The notes below the pieces were generated by a model, which was not told the origin of the DNA, ran no database searches, and saw only the letters and a program-made list of their open reading frames with translations. A DNA stretch of 64,000 nt from Vicinamibacterales bacterium (GTDB lineage: Bacteria > Acidobacteriota > Vicinamibacteria > Vicinamibacterales > UBA2999): NCBI GenBank assembly GCA_050183355.1, contig JBFXBH010000003.1, forward strand, positions 15,131-79,130. Reading direction: 5' to 3'. The translations under genes and the position numbers were made by a program. Positions 61,149 through 64,000 of the stretch are shown piece by piece. Each line of letters opens with the position of its first letter. The first letter of the stretch is position 1.

Positions 61149-62423
61149 GTGAGCGAACTCAAAGCCGATCTGTCTTCCCTGAAGCTCTCCGACGACATGG
61201 CGCAACCGCGCCGCAGCAAGGCGCCGTGGGTCGTCGCGGCCGCCATCCTGCTGGCGGCGGCCGGCTGGTACGTCCGCGCCGCCACCGCGCCGGTCATCGT
61301 CGAGACCGCGCCGGCGACCTTTGACAGCACCGGCGGCCCCGCTCGCCCCACGGCGGTCCTGACGGCGTCCGGCTACGTGGTGGCCCGCCGCAAGGCGGTC
61401 GTGTCCGCAAAGATTCAGGGCCGTCTCTCCGAGCTGCGCGTCGAGGAAGGCAGCCAGGTCGCGGCGGGTCAGATCCTCGCGCGGCTCGAGAGCACGGACT
61501 TCGCGGCGCAGGTCGCACGCGCGCGCGCGCAGGCGCAGCAGGCCGAGGCGCAGGTCGCCAGCGCGAAGGCGTCCATCCGGCGTGCGGAAGCCGACCTCGA
61601 CGAAGCGAAGCGGCAGCTTGGCGTGAACGAGCGGCTCGCGGGCGAGAAGATCCTGCCCACCGACACACTCGACGCCAGCCGCAGCCGCGTGCGCGTGATG
61701 GAGGCGGCGATCGGGCAGAGCCTCGCGGATCTCGCCCGGGCCGACGCGACGCTCGCGCAGAGCAAGGCGGACCTCGCGTTCGCGCAGGCGCAGCTCGACA
61801 ACACGGTCATCCGCGCGCCGTTTGCCGGAGTGGTCGTGAAGAAGATGGCAGAGGTCGGCGAGAGCGTCGCGCCGATCCCGCCCGGCGTGAATCTCTCCAC
61901 GTCATCAGGGGCCATCGTCGCCATGGCCGACATGGGCACGCTGGAAGTGGAGGTCGACGTGGCGGAAGCCAACGTCGCCCGGCTGACGGCGGACCAGCCC
62001 GCGGAGGTCACCATCGAGGCCTTCCCGGACAAGCGCTACAAGGCGAAGCTCCGGCAGGTCATCCCGACGGCGGACCGCACGAAGGCCACCGTGCAGGTGA
62101 AGGTGGCGCTCGTCGATCAGGACCCCAACGTGAAGCCGGAGATGAGCGCCAAGGTGAGCTTCATCGCGCCGGAGCAGCCGCAGGTGGCCGGCGCCCCGGC
62201 GCCGAAGGTGATCGTGGCACCGGCCGCGGCCATCGTCGAGCGCGACGGCGGCCCGGTCGTGTTCGTCCTCGGCGACGGCACCGTGACGCTGGTCCCGGTG
62301 AAGACCGGTGGCACACGCGCGTCCGGCGTGGAGATCGCCTCCGGCCTGACCGGCTCGGAGATCCTCGTCGTCAATCCGCCCGCGTCGCTCGCCAGCGGCG
62401 ACCGCGTGGCCGAGAAGGAGTAG
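61149..62423 (+). CDS. efflux transporter periplasmic adaptor (MacA/HlyD family)
   Basis: 424 aa with an N-terminal TM, a coiled-coil hairpin, and the lipoyl/barrel motif ...IRAPFAGVV.... Confidence 0.85.
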   Translation: MSELKADLSSLKLSDDMAQPRRSKAPWVVAAAILLAAAGWYVRAATAPVIVETAPATFDSTGGPARPTAVLTASGYVVARRKAVVSAKIQGRLSELRVEEGSQVAAGQILARLESTDFAAQVARARAQAQQAEAQVASAKASIRRAEADLDEAKRQLGVNERLAGEKILPTDTLDASRSRVRVMEAAIGQSLADLARADATLAQSKADLAFAQAQLDNTVIRAPFAGVVVKKMAEVGESVAPIPPGVNLSTSSGAIVAMADMGTLEVEVDVAEANVARLTADQPAEVTIEAFPDKRYKAKLRQVIPTADRTKATVQVKVALVDQDPNVKPEMSAKVSFIAPEQPQVAGAPAPKVIVAPAAAIVERDGGPVVFVLGDGTVTLVPVKTGGTRASGVEIASGLTGSEILVVNPPASLASGDRVAEKE

Positions 62424-62428
62424 GGCCG

Positions 62429-63127
62429 ATGGCCAGCGTCGACGTGCGGCAGGTGCGGAAGGTCTACAGGCGCGACGTGCAGGAGATCGTCGTCCTCGAC
62501 GGCATCGACCTCCAGGTGCCGGACGGCGAGTTCGTCGCGCTGATGGGACCGTCGGGGTCCGGCAAGACCACGCTGCTGAATCTCATCGCCGGCATCGACC
62601 GCGTCACCTCCGGCAGCGTCACGGTGGGCTCGACCACGGTCACCAGCCTCTCGGAGGGCGACCTCGCCCGCTGGCGCAGCCGGAACGTCGGCTTCATCTT
62701 CCAGTTCTACAACCTGATCCCGGTGCTCTCCGCCGTCGAAAACGTCGAACTGCCGCTCCTGCTGACGAACCTCTCGAAGGCGCAGCGGCGCGAACGGGCG
62801 CTGACGGCACTCAAGGTCGTCGGCCTGGCCGACCGCGCGAAGCACTCGCCGCGCCAGCTCTCGGGCGGCCAGGAGCAGCGCGTCGCCATCGCGCGGGCCA
62901 TCGTGACGGATCCCGCCGTGCTCGTGGCCGACGAGCCGACCGGCGACCTGGACGCGAAGAGCGCCGAAGACATCCTGAATCTGCTGGACCTGCTGAACCG
63001 CGAGTTCAAGAAGACGATCGTCATGGTGACGCACGACCCGCGGGCCGCCGCGCGGGCCCACGTCGAACGGCACCTGGAGAAGGGCCAGCTCGCCAGCAGC
63101 GTCGTCCGCCGCGAGGTCACGGTGTGA
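62429..63127 (+). CDS. ABC transporter ATP-binding protein (MacB/LolD-type)
   Basis: 232 aa. Walker [11 protein letters not shown]-loop, signature LSGGQEQR, and Walker [13 protein letters not shown]. Confidence 0.9.
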   Translation: MASVDVRQVRKVYRRDVQEIVVLDGIDLQVPDGEFVALMGPSGSGKTTLLNLIAGIDRVTSGSVTVGSTTVTSLSEGDLARWRSRNVGFIFQFYNLIPVLSAVENVELPLLLTNLSKAQRRERALTALKVVGLADRAKHSPRQLSGGQEQRVAIARAIVTDPAVLVADEPTGDLDAKSAEDILNLLDLLNREFKKTIVMVTHDPRAAARAHVERHLEKGQLASSVVRREVTV

Positions 63128-64000
63128 AGTTCCTGCCCTACGTCCTCAAGCACCTGCGGCGGAGCTGGATCCGCACGGGCAGCACCGTGCTGGGGATGGC
63201 GCTCTGCATCTTCCTGATCTGCGTGCTGCAGACCGTGCTCGACGCCGTGCGGAAGACGACGGAGGCGGCCGACCCATCGCGCATCGTGACGCGGCACGCC
63301 GTCAGTCTGACCTTCAACATGCCGCTCGCCTACAAGCCGCGCATCCAGGCGTTGCCGGGGGTGAAGCGGGTCGCCGTGTCGAACTGGTTCGGCGGCGTCT
63401 ACCGCGACATGAAGGACTTCTTCCCGAACTTCGCCGTGGATTCGGAGGACTACTTCCCGATGTACCCGGAGTACGTCGTGCCACCCGCGGAGTATCAGGC
63501 CTACCTGGCCGACATGCAGGGCGCGCTGCTCGGCAAGGACGTGGCCGGGAAGTACGGCTTCAAGGTCGGCGACACCTTCCAGATGGAGAGCTTCATCCCG
63601 CCCTACCGCGTCCGGGGTCCGCTGACGTTCCACGTCCGGGGCATCTACGACGCGCCGCCCGGGAAGCGCAGCTCGGTCAACCTGGGGATGATGTTCTTCC
63701 ACTACAGGTATCTCTACGAGACCATCCGCGGCACCGCCGGCGACTATGCAGGCGCGGGCACGTTCACGGTCCAGCTCGCCGAGCCCGGGCAGGCCAGCGC
63801 GGCCATGAAGGCCATCGACGCGAACTTCGAGAACAGCGACGTCCAGACGAAGACGGAAACCGAGGGCGCGTTCCTTGAAGGCTTCATCGCCCTGACCGGC
63901 AACCTCGTCGGCCTGCTCAACGGCGTGGGCCTCGCCGTGGGCTTCACGATCCTGCTGGTCACGGCCAACACGATGAGCATGGCCGTCCGCGAACGGCGGA
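63124..64000 (+). CDS. ABC transporter permease (FtsX/MacB-type), 5' part; the gene runs off the right edge
   Basis: Absent from the track because there is no stop in the window. GTG 63124 overlaps the ATPase stop. [32 protein letters not shown]... shows the typical N-terminal TM and MacB_PCD-like periplasmic domain. Confidence 0.8.
   Translation, partial: MKFLPYVLKHLRRSWIRTGSTVLGMALCIFLICVLQTVLDAVRKTTEAADPSRIVTRHAVSLTFNMPLAYKPRIQALPGVKRVAVSNWFGGVYRDMKDFFPNFAVDSEDYFPMYPEYVVPPAEYQAYLADMQGALLGKDVAGKYGFKVGDTFQMESFIPPYRVRGPLTFHVRGIYDAPPGKRSSVNLGMMFFHYRYLYETIRGTAGDYAGAGTFTVQLAEPGQASAAMKAIDANFENSDVQTKTETEGAFLEGFIALTGNLVGLLNGVGLAVGFTILLVTANTMSMAVRERR

Overview
About 70% GC, gene-dense chromosomal DNA. 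The gene content points to an Acidobacteriota-like organism: carboxypeptidase-regulatory-domain TonB receptors, a PSCyt/DUF1549/DUF1553 plus DUF1501 pair, and many secreted beta-propellers. This taxonomic placement is an inference only. Most long ORFs in the track are GC-driven shadow frames, and I kept roughly 60 that have recognisable family motifs. Main blocks, left to right: (1) a tightly packed minus-strand operon hom-thrC-thrB-thrC2-cysH-sirC (1-5683); (2) an MFS transporter translationally coupled to a divergent DAC-like (diadenylate-cyclase-fold) protein, then tRNA-Leu(CAA); (3) housekeeping or singleton genes: YtxJ-like, HI0933 flavoprotein, NCS2 permease, PhoH2, IspG, an OMP, a DUF433/DUF5615 pair, MOSC, NDH-2, a molybdopterin oxidoreductase, OmpA-like, YggX, POT, a LigD-PE domain, TPM/LemA, DinB, a hydrolase, DUF72 and SCO; (4) a small lower-GC islet (31.35-32.1 kb) holding a tyrosine-recombinase C-terminal remnant and an uncharacterised two-gene module; (5) a 20.5-kb, 11-gene minus-strand string (33.2-53.7 kb) that joins a TonB receptor, PSCyt/DUF1553, DUF1501, two paralogous propellers, an MBL hydrolase and an SSS transporter to a urea/guanidine carboxylase, DUF1989 x2 and allophanate hydrolase; (6) a sigma54 activator, a LiaF-like/LytS/LytTR module and a MacAB-type efflux system. 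The best non-obvious signals are: a Thr-codon leader peptide with alternative hairpins and an intrinsic terminator in front of hom (a classical-type attenuator); a hairpin repeat family with a conserved core and co-varying stems, sitting between convergent genes (three copies); a second ThrC paralog coupled to sulfate-reduction genes; the DAC-like/MFS pair; and an AT-rich 14-bp palindrome shared by two regulatory regions near the sigma54 activator. I saw no CRISPR array, rRNA, intact transposase or prophage.
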